64,000 nucleotides of DNA, taken from NCBI GenBank assembly GCA_964016885.1, contig OZ024740.1:325934001-325998000 (forward strand), read 5' to 3'. Below are positions 14,066-26,340 of the stretch, piece after piece (the first letter of the stretch is position 1; each line of letters begins with the position of its first letter). This stretch comes from Eledone cirrhosa (lineage: Eukaryota). Under the pieces are notes generated by a model, which saw nothing but the letters and a program-made list of their open reading frames with translations, was not told the DNA's origin and ran no database searches. The position numbers and the translations under genes are program-made.

Positions 14066-14975
14066 GTGAAGGCGTGTAGTTTAGAGGGCAGGGGTCGGCG
14101 ACTCAAAATCTTATGGTTGTGTGTTCCATTTGGTGGCGTGTTATGTCCTTGTGCAAGTCCTTTTATTTCACGTTCTCATCTGTGACCATAATTGAAAAAG
14201 ACATCCTTGTCACACAGTGTCATAATGAATCACTCCGAGAACTACCTTAATGTTGCACGTGTCTGTGGAATGCTTAGCCACTTGCACTGATACAAAATGA
14301 ACTGTATATGTAATTCTAACGTTCAGCCTTGTCATACAGTGCCATGCTGAATCTCCCTGAGAATTATATTAAGGTACACTTGTCTGTAGAATGCTCAATC
14401 ACTTACATTATAACACAAGATAGACTGTACCTGTAATTGAATAGGTTAGCCTTGTCACTCACTGCGCCAAGCTGAATCTCCCTGAGAATTACATTAAAGG
14501 ACCACGTGACTGTGGAATGCTCAGCCACTTGCACTATGCTTCAAGATGAGATGTACTCGCAATTCAAAGAACCAGCCTTGTCACACAGTGCCATGCTGAA
14601 TCTCCCTGAGAATTTCGTTAAAGGAGCACGTGACTGTGGAATGCTCAGCCACTTGCACTAAGATACAAGATGAACTGTACTGCATTTCAAAGAGCCAACC
14701 ATGTCACACAGTGCCATGCTGAATCTCCCTGAGAATTATGTTAACAGAGCACGTGACTGTGGAATGCTCAGGAACTTGCACTAGGCTTCAAGATGAGCTT
14801 TATCTGCAGTTCAAAGAACCAGCCTTGTCACACAGTGTCAAGCTGAATCTCCCTGAGAATTACGTTAAGAGAGCACGTGTCTGTGCACGTTAGCTTCACG
14901 GGCAGGCTGTTCGGTTGTTCAAACAATTAGAATATACGCTTGTTAGGAAGCGACGGCGGTCCAACAACGTTTAGC
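14066..14975 (+). mobile_element. tRNA-derived CORE-type SINE with ~6-fold internal tandem amplification of a ~120-bp body unit
   Basis: Head gtgaaggcgtgtagtttagagg..., CORE-like ttatgtccttgtgcaagtcctttt, then repeated agccttgtcacacagtgccatgctgaatctccctgagaatta...tgtggaatgctcagccacttgcac. A monomeric copy is at 49710-49990. Confidence 0.75.
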
Positions 14976-15399
14976 TTTATTTAGCTGTCTGCCGTAATGG
15001 AGGACTGTGTAATGGTGATGCTTGACACCCACGTATTTCTGTTGTTACGACGGCGACAGCGGCAGTAGTGGGGGTGGGAGTGGGGGGTGAAGAGATGGTC
15101 ATACAGGTGGTGGTGGTGGTGGTGGTGATGGTGGTGGTGGTGGTGGTGGTGGTGGTGGTGTGCGTGTGTGGAGAGAGGCTCATGAAGGTGGTGGTGGTGT
15201 GTGTGTGGAGAGAGATGATCATGAAGGTGGTGGTGGTGATGTGTGTGTGTGGAGAGAGGCTCATGAAGGTGGTGGTGGTGGTTTTGTGTGTGTGTGTGTG
15301 GAGAGATGATCATGAAGGTGGTGGTGGTAGTGGTGTGGTGTGTGGAGGGATGATCATGAAGGTGGTGGTGGTGGTGATGGTGGTTGGTGCGGTTATAGT

Positions 15400-18300
15400 G
15401 TGTGGGAGTGGTGTAGATGGTGGTGATGGTAATGGTTGTGGTGGTGGTGGTGTTGATGATGGTGGTGATGGTGATGGTTGTGGTGGTGGTGGTGTTGATG
15501 ATGGTGGTGCTGGTGATGGTTGTGGTGGTGGTCGTTATAATGGTGGTTTGTAGTGATGATTGTGGTGGTTGCGGTAATTGTGGTGTTGGTGCTGGTGCTG
15601 GTGCTGGTTGTGGTGGTGGTAGTAGTGGTCTTCATGGTTGTAGTAGTGCTGTTATTAGTGATGGTGGTTGTAGTAGTTGTGGTTATAGTGATGGTGGTGA
15701 TGGTGGTAGTGGTGGTTGTGATTATAGTGATGGTGGTAGTGGTGGTTGTGGTGGTTGTGATTATAGTGATGGTGGTAGTGGTGGTTGTGGTGTTTGTGAT
15801 TATAGTGATGGTGGTAGTGGTGGTTGTGGTGGTTGTGGTTATAGTGATGGTGGTAGTGGTGGTTGTGGTGGTTGTGATTATAGTGATGGTGGTAGTGGTG
15901 GTTGTGGTGGTTGTGATTATAGTGATGGTGGTAGTGGTGGTTGTGGTGGTTGTGGTTATAGTGATGGTGGTAGTGGTGGTTGTGGTGGTTGTGGTTATAG
16001 TGATTGTGGTGATGGTGGTAGTGGTGGTTGTGGTTATAGTTATTGTGGTGATGGTGGTAGTGGTGGTTGTGGTTATAGTGGTGGTGGTGATGGTGGTAGT
16101 GGTGGTAGTGGTTATAGTGATGGTGGTGATGGCGGTAGTGGTGGTTGTGGTTATAGTGGTGGTGGTAGTGGTGATTGTGGTTATAGTGATGGTGGTGATG
16201 GTGGTAGTGGTGGTTGTGGTTATAGTGGTGGTGGTAGTGGTGGTTGTGGTTATAGTGAAGGTGGTGATGGTGGTAGTGGTGGTTGTGGTTATAGTGGTGG
16301 TGGTGATGGTGGTAGTGGTGGTTGTGGTTATAGTGATTGTGGTGATGGTGGTAGTGGTGGTTGTGGTTATAGTGATGGTGGTGATGGTGGTAGTGGTGGT
16401 TGTGGTTATAGTGGTGGTGGTAGTGGTGGTTGTGGTTATAGTGATGGTTGTAGTGGTGTTAGTGGTGGTTGTGGTTATAGTGGTGGTGGTAGTGGTGGTT
16501 GTGGTTATAGTGGTGGTGGTAGTGGTGGTAGTGGTGGTTGTGGTTATAGTGATGGTGGTGATGGCGGTAGTGGTGGTTGTGGTTATAGTGATGGTTGTAG
16601 TGGTGTTAGTGGTGGTTGTGGTTATAGTGGTGGTGGTAGTGGTGGTTGTGGTTATAGTGATGGTTGTAGTGGTGTTAGTAGTGGTTGTGGTTATAGTGGT
16701 GGTGGTAGTGGTGGTAGTGGTGGTTGTGGTTATAGTGGTGGTGGTAGTGGTGGTAGTGGTGGTTGTGGTTATAGTGTTGGTGGTGATGGCGGTAGTGGTG
16801 GTTGTGGTTATAGTGATTTTGGTAGTGGTGTTAGTGGTGGTGGTAGTGGTGGTAGTGGTGGTTGTGGTTATAGTGGTGGTGGTAGTGGTGGTAGTGGTGG
16901 TTGTGGTTATAGTGATGGTGGTGATGGTTGTAGTGGTGGTTGTGGTTATAGTGATGGTGGTGATGGTGGTAGTGGAGGTTGTGGTTATAGTGATGGTGGT
17001 AGTGCTGGTTGTGGTTATAGTGGTGGTGGTAGTGGTGGTTGTGGTTATAGTGATGGTTGTAGTGGTGTTAGTGGTGGTTGTGGTTATAGTGGTGGTGGTA
17101 GTGGTGGTTGTGGTTATAGTGATGGTGGTGATGGCGGTAGTGGTGGTTGTGGTTATAGTGATGGTTGTAGTGGTGTTAGTGGTGGTTGTGGTTATAGTGG
17201 TGGTGGTAGTGGTGGTAGTAGTGGTTGTGGTTATAGTGATGGTAGTGATGGCGGTAGTGGTGGTTGTGTTTATAGTGATGGTTGTAGTGGTGTTAGTGGT
17301 GGTTGTGGTTATAGTGGTGGTGGTAGTGGTGGTTGTGGTTATAGTGATGGTTGTAGTGGTGTTAGTGGTGGTTGTGGTTATAGTGGTGGTGGTAGTGGTG
17401 GTAGTGGTGGTTGTGGTTATAGTGGTGGTAGTGGTGGTTGTGGTTATAGTGATGGTGGTGATGGCGGTAGTGGTGGTTGTGGTTATAGTGATTTTGGTAG
17501 TGGTGTTAGTGGTGGCTGTGGTTATAGTGGTGGTGGTAGTGGTGGTAGTGGTGGTTGTGGTTATAGTGGTGGTGGTAGTGGTGGTAGTGGTGGTTGTGGT
17601 TATAGTGATGGTGGTGATGGTTGTAGTGGTGGTTGTGGTTATAGTGATGGTGGTGATGGTGGTAGTGGTGGTTGTGGTTATAGTGATGGTGGTAGTGGTG
17701 GTTGTGGTTATAGTGATGGTTGTAGTGGTGTTAGTGGTGGTTGTGGTTATAGTGGTGGTGGTAGTGGTGGTTGTGGTTATAGTGATGGTGGTGATGGCGG
17801 TAGTGGTGGTTGTGGTTATAGTGATGGTTGTAGTGGTGTTAGTGGTGGTTGTGGTTATAGTGGTGGTGGTAGTGGTGGTACAGGTGGTTGTGGTTATAGT
17901 GATGGTTGTAGTGGTGTTAGTGGTGGTTGTGGTTATAGTGGTGGTGGTAGTGGTGGTAGTGGTGGTTGTGGTTATAGTGGTGGTGGTAGTGGTGGTAGTG
18001 GTGGTTGTGGTTATAGTGATGGTGGTGATGGCGGTAGTGGTGGTTGTGGTTATAGTGATGGTGGTAGTGGTGTTAGTGGTGGTTGTGGTTATAGTGGTGG
18101 TGGTAGTGGTGGTAGTGGTGGTTGAGGTTATAGTGGTGGTGGTAGTGTTGGTAGTGGTGGTTGTGGTTATAGTGATGGTGGTGATGGTTGTAGTGGTGGT
18201 TGTGGTTATAGTGATGGTGGTAGTGGTGGTAGTGGTGGTTGTGGTTATAGTGATGGTGGTAGTGGTGGTTGTGGTTATAGTGATGGTGGTAGTGGTGGTT

Positions 18301-19945
18301 GTGGTTGTGGTTATAGTGATGGTGGTAGTGGTGGTAGTGGTGGTTGTGGTTATAGTGATGGTGGTGATGGTGGTAGTGGTGGTTGTGGTTATAGTGATGG
18401 TGGTGATAGTAGTAGTGGTGGTTGTGGTTATAGTGATGGTGGTAGTGGTGGTAGTGGTGGGTGTGGTTATAGTGATGGTGGTAGTGGTGGTTGTGGTTAT
18501 AGTGATGGTGGTAGTGGTAGTTGTGGTTATAGTGATGGTGGTGATAGTAGTAGTGGTGGTTGTGGTTATAGTGATTGTGGTGATGGTGGTAGTGGTGGTT
18601 GTGGTTATAGTGATGGTGGTGATGGTGGTAGTGGTGGTTGAGGTTATAGTGATGGTGGTGATGGTGCTAGTGGTGGTTGTGGTTATAGTGATGGTGGTAG
18701 TGGTTGTAGTGGTGGTTGTGGTTATAGTGGTGGTTGTGGTTATAGTGATGGTGGTAGTGGTAGTTGTGGTTATAGTGATGGTGGTAGTGGTGGTTGTGGT
18801 TATAGTGATGGTGGTAGTGGTGGTTGTGGTTATAGTGATGGTGGTAGTGGTGGTTGTGGTTATAGTGATGGTGGTAGTGGTGGTTGTGGTTATAGTGATG
18901 GTGGTGATAGTAGTAGTGGTGGTTGTGGTTATAGTGATGGTGGTAGTGGTGGTTGTGGTTATAGTGATGGTGGTAGTGGTGGTTGTGGTTGTGGTTATAG
19001 TGATGGTGGTAGTGGTGGTAGTGGTGGTTGTGGTTATAGTGATGGTGGTGATGGTGGTAGTGGTGGTTGTGGTTATAGTGATGGTGGTGATAGTAGTAGT
19101 GGTGGTTGTGGTTATAGTGATGGTGGTAGTGGTGGTAGTGGTGGGTGTGGTTATAGTGATGGTGGTAGTGGTGGTTGTGTTTATAGTGATGGTGGTAGTG
19201 GTGGTTGTGGTTATAGTGGTGGTTGTGGTTATAGTGATGGTGGTAGTGGTGGTTGTGGTTATAGTGATGGTGGTAGTGGTGGTTGTGGTTATAGTGATGG
19301 TGGTAGTGGTGGTTGTGGTTATAGTGATTGTGGTGAAGGTGGTAGTGGTGGTTGTGGTTATAGTGATGGTGGTAGTGATGGTTGTGGTTATAGTGATGGT
19401 GGTGATAGTAGTAGTGGTGGTTGTGGTTATAGTGTTGGTGGTAGTGGTGGTTGTGGTTATAGTGATGGTGGTAGTGGTGGTTGTGGTTATAGTGATGGTG
19501 GTAGTGGTGGTTGTGGTTATAGTGATGGTGGTAGTGGTGGTTGTGGTTATAGTGATGGTGGTGATAGTAGTAGTGGTGGTTGTGGTTATAGTGATGGTGG
19601 TAGTGGTGGTTGTGGTTATAGTGATGGTGGTAGTGGTGGTTGTGGTTATAGTGATGGTGGTAGTGGTGGTTGTGGTTATAGTGATGGTGGTGATAGTAGT
19701 AGTGGTGGTTGTGGTTATAGTGATGGTGGTGATGGTGGTAGTGGTAGTTGTGGTTATAGTGATTGTGGTGATAGTGGTGATGGTCGTGGTGGTAGTGGTG
19801 GTTGTGGTTATAGTGATTGTGGTGATAGTATTGATGATGGTGGTGGTTGTGTTGGTTGTGATTATAGTGATTGTGGTGATAGTGGTGGTGGTGGTCGTCG
19901 TCGTGGTAGTGACGGTGGTGGTTGTCGTTGTCGTGGTGACAATAG
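15400..19945. repeat. Triplet-based compound minisatellite (ggt ggt agt ggt ggt tgt ggt tat agt gat)
   Basis: Nearly all triplets are NNT. One frame reads GGSGGCGYSD, another poly-Val. Confidence 0.95.
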
Positions 19946-20264
19946 CAGGGTTAACGAAACATATGTGAAGAGAATGAAAAATATGTGGAGAGAGGTGATG
20001 GGGTATTACCGACAGAATGATGGATTACATGACAGAATACACGAATAAAAGATTAAATGATTAAATTTAGATGGAGCGTCAGGGAAGAAAAGAAAAATTG
20101 GGTAAGTTGGTAAACGGAAACTACGTGGAAGTCCGTCGGGTAGATTTTATCTGTAATTCAAATGTTCAGTGTTGTCACATATTGAATCACGACTATCATG
20201 CCGAATCTCTCTGAGAATTACGTCAAGAGTATACATGACTGTGGAATAATATATATATATAATG

Positions 20265-20770
20265 GTTTCTGCTTTAGACACAAGGCCAACAAATTTTGTG
20301 GAGAGTAAAGTCGAATAAATTGACCCCAGTGTGTTACTGGTACTCTATTTTTTCGACTCTGCAAGGATGAAAGGCAAAGTTAACCTCGGCGGGATTTGAA
20401 CTCGGAACGTACAGGGACGTAACTATGCCACGAAGTATGGTGTCCGATGCTCTACCGATACTAAATTGTATCAGTAATTCAAATGTCCAACTATGTCTCG
20501 ACTACTATGCTGAATCTCCCTGAGAATTACGTCAAGAATATACATCTCTTTGGAATACTCAGCCACTTATACAATATATATATAATTGTTTCTACCTTTG
20601 GCACAAGGCCAGCAATAATTCCAGTGCATTACTGGTACCTTTTTATTTTATCGACCCCATAAGGATGAAAGGCAAAGTTAACCTCGGCGGAATTTGAACT
20701 CAGACCATAATGGCATGTAATTCTATGCTGCAAAGCATGGCGTCCGCCAATCTACTGATACTGACAATAC
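20265..20770 (-). mobile_element. Two tRNA-derived SINE copies (family A), each preceded by a piece of the CORE-SINE body; apparent ~310-bp tandem duplication
   Basis: Reverse complement of ...gagttcaaatcccgccgaggttaactttgcctttcatcctt..gtcgataaaataaagtaccagt at ~20335-20465 and ~20630-20765. Confidence 0.8.
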
Positions 20771-20790
20771 ACCACACAATATATATATAT

Positions 20791-21450
20791 CCTGCGTCAG
20801 TGTTGAACAAAAAGGTGACGATGGTTGCCTAAACACTGTACGGCGTAACTCGGGCTGTTTGTTTGTTTACAAACAAACCGAGCATTATAATAAATGTTCG
20901 GTAAACCGATACGTGCATATATATATGTGTGCATGTATGTATATATAGACATACTACTGTACGTCTGTATGCATATATGTATGTAGGTATACATACATAC
21001 ATACTTACATTTAAGTAACTGCCGTACTAAGAGTGAGAAATGAAATTTCGTTTCATTCTATTCGATTTATCGTTTTCGGTGCGCCCGGCCGACTAAACTC
21101 ACTTGATATGCAAATTAGGCTGCTCAGCCGTTAATATGCATAAGGAAAGTATATACTTTCAGACGTTCAACCATCTGGCAGAAAGGTATACGATGCTGAC
21201 GATAGCTAATAAGCTTGAAACTAATACATCGTTCCTGTGTCAGTATTGAACAAAAAGGTGACGTGGTTGCCTAAACACTATACGGCGTAATTCGGGCTGT
21301 TTGTTTACAAACAGACCGAGCATTATAATAAATGTTCGGTAAACCGATACGTGCATATATATATATGTGTGCATTTATGTATATATATACATACTACTGT
21401 ACGTCTGTATACATATATGTATGTACGTATACATACATACATACTTACAT
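20791..21450 (+). mobile_element. Non-coding hammerhead-containing element, ~1.5 tandem copies of a ~445-nt unit (retrozyme/pLTR-like)
   Basis: Direct repeat 20791-21010 = ~21234-21450. HHR at 21191-21231. Second genomic copy on the minus strand at ~36150-36452. Confidence 0.75.
21191..21231 (+). ncRNA. Minimal type I hammerhead ribozyme
   Basis: cgatg-CTGACGA-tagctaataagctt-GAAA-ctaa-TA-catcg. Perfect 5-bp stem I and agct/agct stem II. The sister copy has GAAA-ctag-TA. Confidence 0.8.
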
Positions 21451-21499
21451 ATATATATATGCTTGCACCAAATAGAGCCCAGAGCATCGGTTATAAAGG

Positions 21500-21533
<34 letters not shown>

Positions 21534-21585
21534 TTTCTGAATTTGTTTAGCAAGATTCTTTATCTGAAAACGTGTGTTGAAACCG

Positions 21586-21749
21586 ATATTGTTATACTTT
21601 GGGAGGGTCATGTTGCCAATAAGAAACACATGCACCAGTTACTTTCACTTCAATTTATTATAATAAATTTATAAATTTATTATAATAAATTGAAGTGAAA
21701 GCAACTGGTGCGTGTGTTTCTTATTGGCAACATGACCCTCCCAAAGTAT

Positions 21750-21756
<7 letters not shown>
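21586..21756. repeat. 170-bp palindrome made of two head-to-head PLE terminal sequences
   Basis: attgttatactttgggagggtcatgttgccaataagaaacac... and its reverse complement, axis near 21671. Confidence 0.9.
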
Positions 21757-21833
<77 letters not shown>

Positions 21834-23301
21834 TGACGAAACATAATAGCTTGGTTCAGCCATGAAGTATCTAAACAGAAGGGCCGGCTTATTCGGTGCC
21901 TGCAGACACCTAAGGACGAGAACTTTCCTCAAGCTATATGGATAAACCCCGGTTATGGCCTCCCACAACGCCCCCCTCCCCCGCCTTGTAGGTCTCCTAC
22001 ACCCCGTACCAATGACCAATGGGCAACAACAACCACCCATAGTTTGTGGTCCCCGGGGTGGATTGTCCACCGGATCCTCTACTGATTAGGAGTCAGCAAA
22101 ACCACGTTTATTTAACCTGGTGCCCCCCCACCCTCCCGGAGTGGCCCACACAGGAAGAGCGATTATCCTAAGGTACTAAACCTACACGCATGAATGAGTG
22201 CCCGCAACCGTGCGTTGTGTGTGTATACTGGGATTAGGTGAATGTACACACTCATGTGAACGCAACGAAATACTAATACCCCAGGTTGCATTTGAAAAAT
22301 GTTCGAGTGTATGCTTAAGAGTATATTTGTGTATGCTCTCTTGTATGAATGCACATGTGTATATAGACATACACGCGCATCCAGAGGTATACAAGTGTGG
22401 GCGGGTGCGTGTACCTGTATATGTCTGTACTGAGGGATTCGCCTAAGCTCCAAAGCCCCTAAGCTATTGCTGTGAAGATATATATCACACTCTACTTTTG
22501 TCTAGTCTAAACAATAACTTTTCCAAACACCCACTTTACCTTTCTTTAAAAATAACACCCACCTCGTTTTATGCCTGCCATATACTTGGTTTTGGGGGCC
22601 TCTGTCGTATATATATACGCACTTGTGTGTACATACATATATATACACATCTGTATGGATTTGTAAGTGTAGATGTGTGGGTGTGTCTGTGGGTGTGGGT
22701 GTGAGTGTATGTGCAAGTCAACCAACATAAGTCTTTTTATATGCAAACCTTCTAAGTATTTGACTCTAACCATAATTTTCAGTAGTACCACCCCACATAA
22801 ATTCCTCAATTTAAGAATGACCTGTAGTATCGAATTTCATACTATAAACCTCAATTGAATATATATCTGACCAGGAATGCTTTTTGTGAAAATCAGTCAT
22901 ATGGAACTATTGTCATCTTGCTTGACGGTTTGAACTTTACAACACCACCTGCCTCTTTGAGGTCAAATAGCAATCCTACTAGCATCTACAAACTGACCAA
23001 TGAGAATTAAGATTATTCCTGCTGACAACATTAAATTATCCCTAACAAGCTCATATGTCCCAAGGCTCTGAAACCATCAACACCAAAAATACAGAGCTGG
23101 CATATCTAAGAACTGACTAATTGCCCGAAGTCATAGCCATACAATGGCTATCATCGAAATATATATATAGCAGTAAATAAAAGATTATGAGTTCATGCAA
23201 TTGACTTATGTTTCGTCACTATTATAACTCCGGAACTTATATCTTCGTTGAGTGCTCCCTATCCGCATACTGAAGTACTGGATTTTACCAACACTTTCTT
23301 G

Positions 23302-23407
<106 letters not shown>

Positions 23408-23627
23408 CTTTATAACCTATGCTCTGGTTTCTATTTGGTCCATGGAGCGCTTGCCAGCATTACTCGGATATTGCGTTTCGCTTTGTTTTCGACCATAGCC
23501 GAATTACGAATTTCGCTGAAATTATATTTGTATGTGTGTATATATATAGTTTTCTGGAGTACCCTTGAAATATATATAATAGAATAAATATGGTTTTATA
23601 AATATAGTTTCCATTTATTAATATCAT

Positions 23628-23686
<59 letters not shown>

Positions 23687-23788
23687 TTGGTGGTCTGAAT
23701 ATATATATATATATGTGTGTGTGAATGAAGTAATTCCGTCGGAAAGGTCCAGGAAAAAAGAGTGCTCTATGTAGGTTACAGAGCTTAT

Positions 23789-23962
23789 TAGTTATGTAAT
23801 AAACAACATAAGATAATTATTTCATTTACCAGTGGTTTCTTGAAAGCAAACAAAATTTGCTTTCAGTCATCAGAATTCTGATGACTGAAAGCAAATTTTG
23901 TTTGCTTTCAAGAAACCACTGGTAAATGAAATAATTATCTTATGTTGTTTATTACATAACTA
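23789..23962. repeat. Perfect 174-bp palindrome with no loop, centred on GAATTC; each arm is a hammerhead core
   Basis: Axis 23875/23876. CTGATGA 23878-23884, 10-bp stem II tgaaagcaaa/tttgctttca, GAAA 23912-23915, cc-act-gg, GUA. Confidence 0.92.
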
Positions 23963-23981
23963 TATACATATATATATATAA

Positions 23982-24096
23982 AAAATTGAAAAAGTGGAGA
24001 ATAACATGGTCAACAGTACAAAAAAGGAGATTTATTTACAGTCTAAATTAGACTAAATAAATCTCCTTTTTTGTTATTCTCCACTTTTTCAATTTT
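23982..24096. repeat. Imperfect palindrome (with indels) at a TA-adjacent element end
   Basis: aaaattgaaaaagtggagaataaca...agtctaa a ttagact...tgttattctccactttttcaatttt. Confidence 0.85.
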
Positions 24097-24251
24097 ATTA
24101 CTCCAGGTTAAACTTACATAGGAATACAAGTGAAATCATAAACTCGTCATCCACGTTAACCTCTTGTTCAGTCATACAACGCCGTACGCTAAAACTATCC
24201 ATGAGGTATTCACAACCTCTAATCGGATTACCTATAACGATATCTTGTTAT

Positions 24252-24328
<77 letters not shown>

Positions 24329-25159
24329 AGCGAAATCTGTCCGCGCCTTGAACTTTGGGTGATACCTAAAGATCAAATTCTAGGTCACATCATTTATTGT
24401 GTTAACAGGTTGATGCTTTGGCTGTCCCCTCAAGGTGGGGGACAGGAAACGACAGGTATATAAAGCCTGTGCTATCATACCACTCAAGGAGATACATCGG
24501 AGCACCCCACTACAGAACAAGCTATGTAAGGATTTACTGCTATTAATAGACCCCAAGGGTCTACAGACACAGAGATATCGAAGCGCTAGGATACACAACT
24601 AACTACGTGAAGATTCACCACTATTCAACAGACCCCATGAGGTCTACAGATACACCCAGAGCGATTGGAACCCTACTCCTACAGACCATGTACAACCCAC
24701 AGTGGTCTAAAACTAATTACAGACCATTCAGAGATATACAAGTCATATCTCTCTATTTCTTACTAACACGGTCTAACAACTACTACCACGGTCTCCAAAT
24801 TCCAACAACAACAACAATTATCTGTTGCTCGCTGCTTTCACACCACACAACAACAGACTACAACAGCCTCACATCAGAAACAATAACAACGTTAACAACT
24901 CTTGGTAACTGTTTTATATGAACTTTTTAATTGATTCACGTGAAGTAAACTATATATAACCAAATCATTTATTCTCATATTCTTTATATTCTTTATATTC
25001 CTATTATACATTTACAATTATTATTCATGTTATTTCCTCTAACAATTTTGTTATTACATTTAACAACTTTGTTATTATCACATATCTAAATAACCGCATA
25101 TAACCATCTAACTTTTCATTATTACCATTCGTTAAATATATATATATATATATTTAATA

Positions 25160-25665
25160 CAAGATAGATTGTACCTGTAATTCAAATGTCCAACTATGTC
25201 ACACATTATGTCTCGACTGCCTTGCTGAATCTCCCTGAGAATTATGTCAAGAGTATACGTGTCTGTGAAATACTCAATGTGACAGTTATGATATGGTGTA
25301 TGACAAAGACGGACCTTTGGATACAGATACATTGATTGTAGCTTTTATTCAAAGGTCCGTCTTTATCATACATCATATCATGACTGCCACACTGAATCTC
25401 CCTGAGAATTACGTCAAGGATACACATACCTACTGAATACTCAGCCACCAGGATTACGCAACCAATTACTCAGTAATGCAAGATGAATTGTACCTGTAAT
25501 TCAAAGGGCCAGTCTTTTCACATATTGTGTCACACTGATTCTACCCGGGAATTACGTTAAGGGTACACATGTCTGCGGAATACTCAACCACTTACATGTT
25601 AATTCATGAGTTGGATGTTCTGTTGATCGAACAACTGAATGCTCACCGTCGAAACCAACGAAGGA
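25160..25665 (+). mobile_element. CORE-SINE body, 3-4 degenerate tandem units
   Basis: Repeated tgtaattcaaa...ctgaatctccctgagaattacgtcaag, same as 14200-14900. Confidence 0.7.
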
Positions 25666-25671
25666 TCCATT

Positions 25672-25775
25672 ACTATTGCTGCAATTTCAATTGCCAGCTG
25701 TGAGCGATTTTTCAGTAAGATGAAATTAATCTTATCGTATCTGAAATCTTCAATGAGCCAAAAAAAAATGTCAGA
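25672..25775 (+). pseudogene. hAT transposase C-terminal dimerization-domain relic
   Basis: From 25681 the sequence translates AISIASCERFFSKMKLILSYLKSSMSQ, matching the hAT motif ASxERSFSKLKLIKxYLRSTMSQ. Confidence 0.8.
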
Positions 25776-26149
25776 TTAAGACTTACGAAATATTTAACTC
25801 GAGGCAAATTAAAATATCAGAGAAATCCACTTATTTCTTTCGTTTCCATGGGTATTTTACCCGATTTTTCACAACTATTATATATAATAATCGATTATTA
25901 TTATGATTATTCCAGCATTGGGATAACAACATTTCAAATTTTCCCCAATGCTTCTTAAGTCAACTGGATGTTTAGAAATGTCTATGTTGTCATCGAAGAG
26001 TTTACATTGTAAGGTCTGCTAGGCAATCACCTAGACACAAACCTCAGAGAAACGCATTACTGAAAATTAAAAGATCATAGGTTTATACAAATTTGTATAA
26101 TCAAATTAAATATAACAGTGACGCTGATCGTAATGCATTGTTATTACTA

Positions 26150-26340
26150 AGGATGGTGAATTGGCAGTATCGGTAGAGGGTCGGACGCCATGCTTTCCAG
26201 CATAGTTACGTCCCTTTACGATCTGAGTTCAAATCCCGCCGAGGTTGACTTTGCCTTTCATCCTTACGGGGTCGATAAAATAAAGTACCAGTAATGCACT
26301 GGGTAATTGCTGGCCCTGTGCCTAAAGTAGAAACAGTTAT
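26150..26340 (+). mobile_element. tRNA-derived SINE family A
   Basis: A box-like tggcagtatcggtag, B box gagttcaaatcc, central gcctttcatccttacggggtcgataaaataaagtaccag. Confidence 0.85.

Noticed and set aside
15553-19968. 1471-aa poly-Val ORF
   Set aside because: Alternative frame of the (GGT)n-derived array; implausible composition.
26150-26240. tRNA genes at SINE heads (also 40505, 40700, 49710, 57388)
   Set aside because: A/B boxes are present but there is no complete cloverleaf, and each continues into a shared SINE body.
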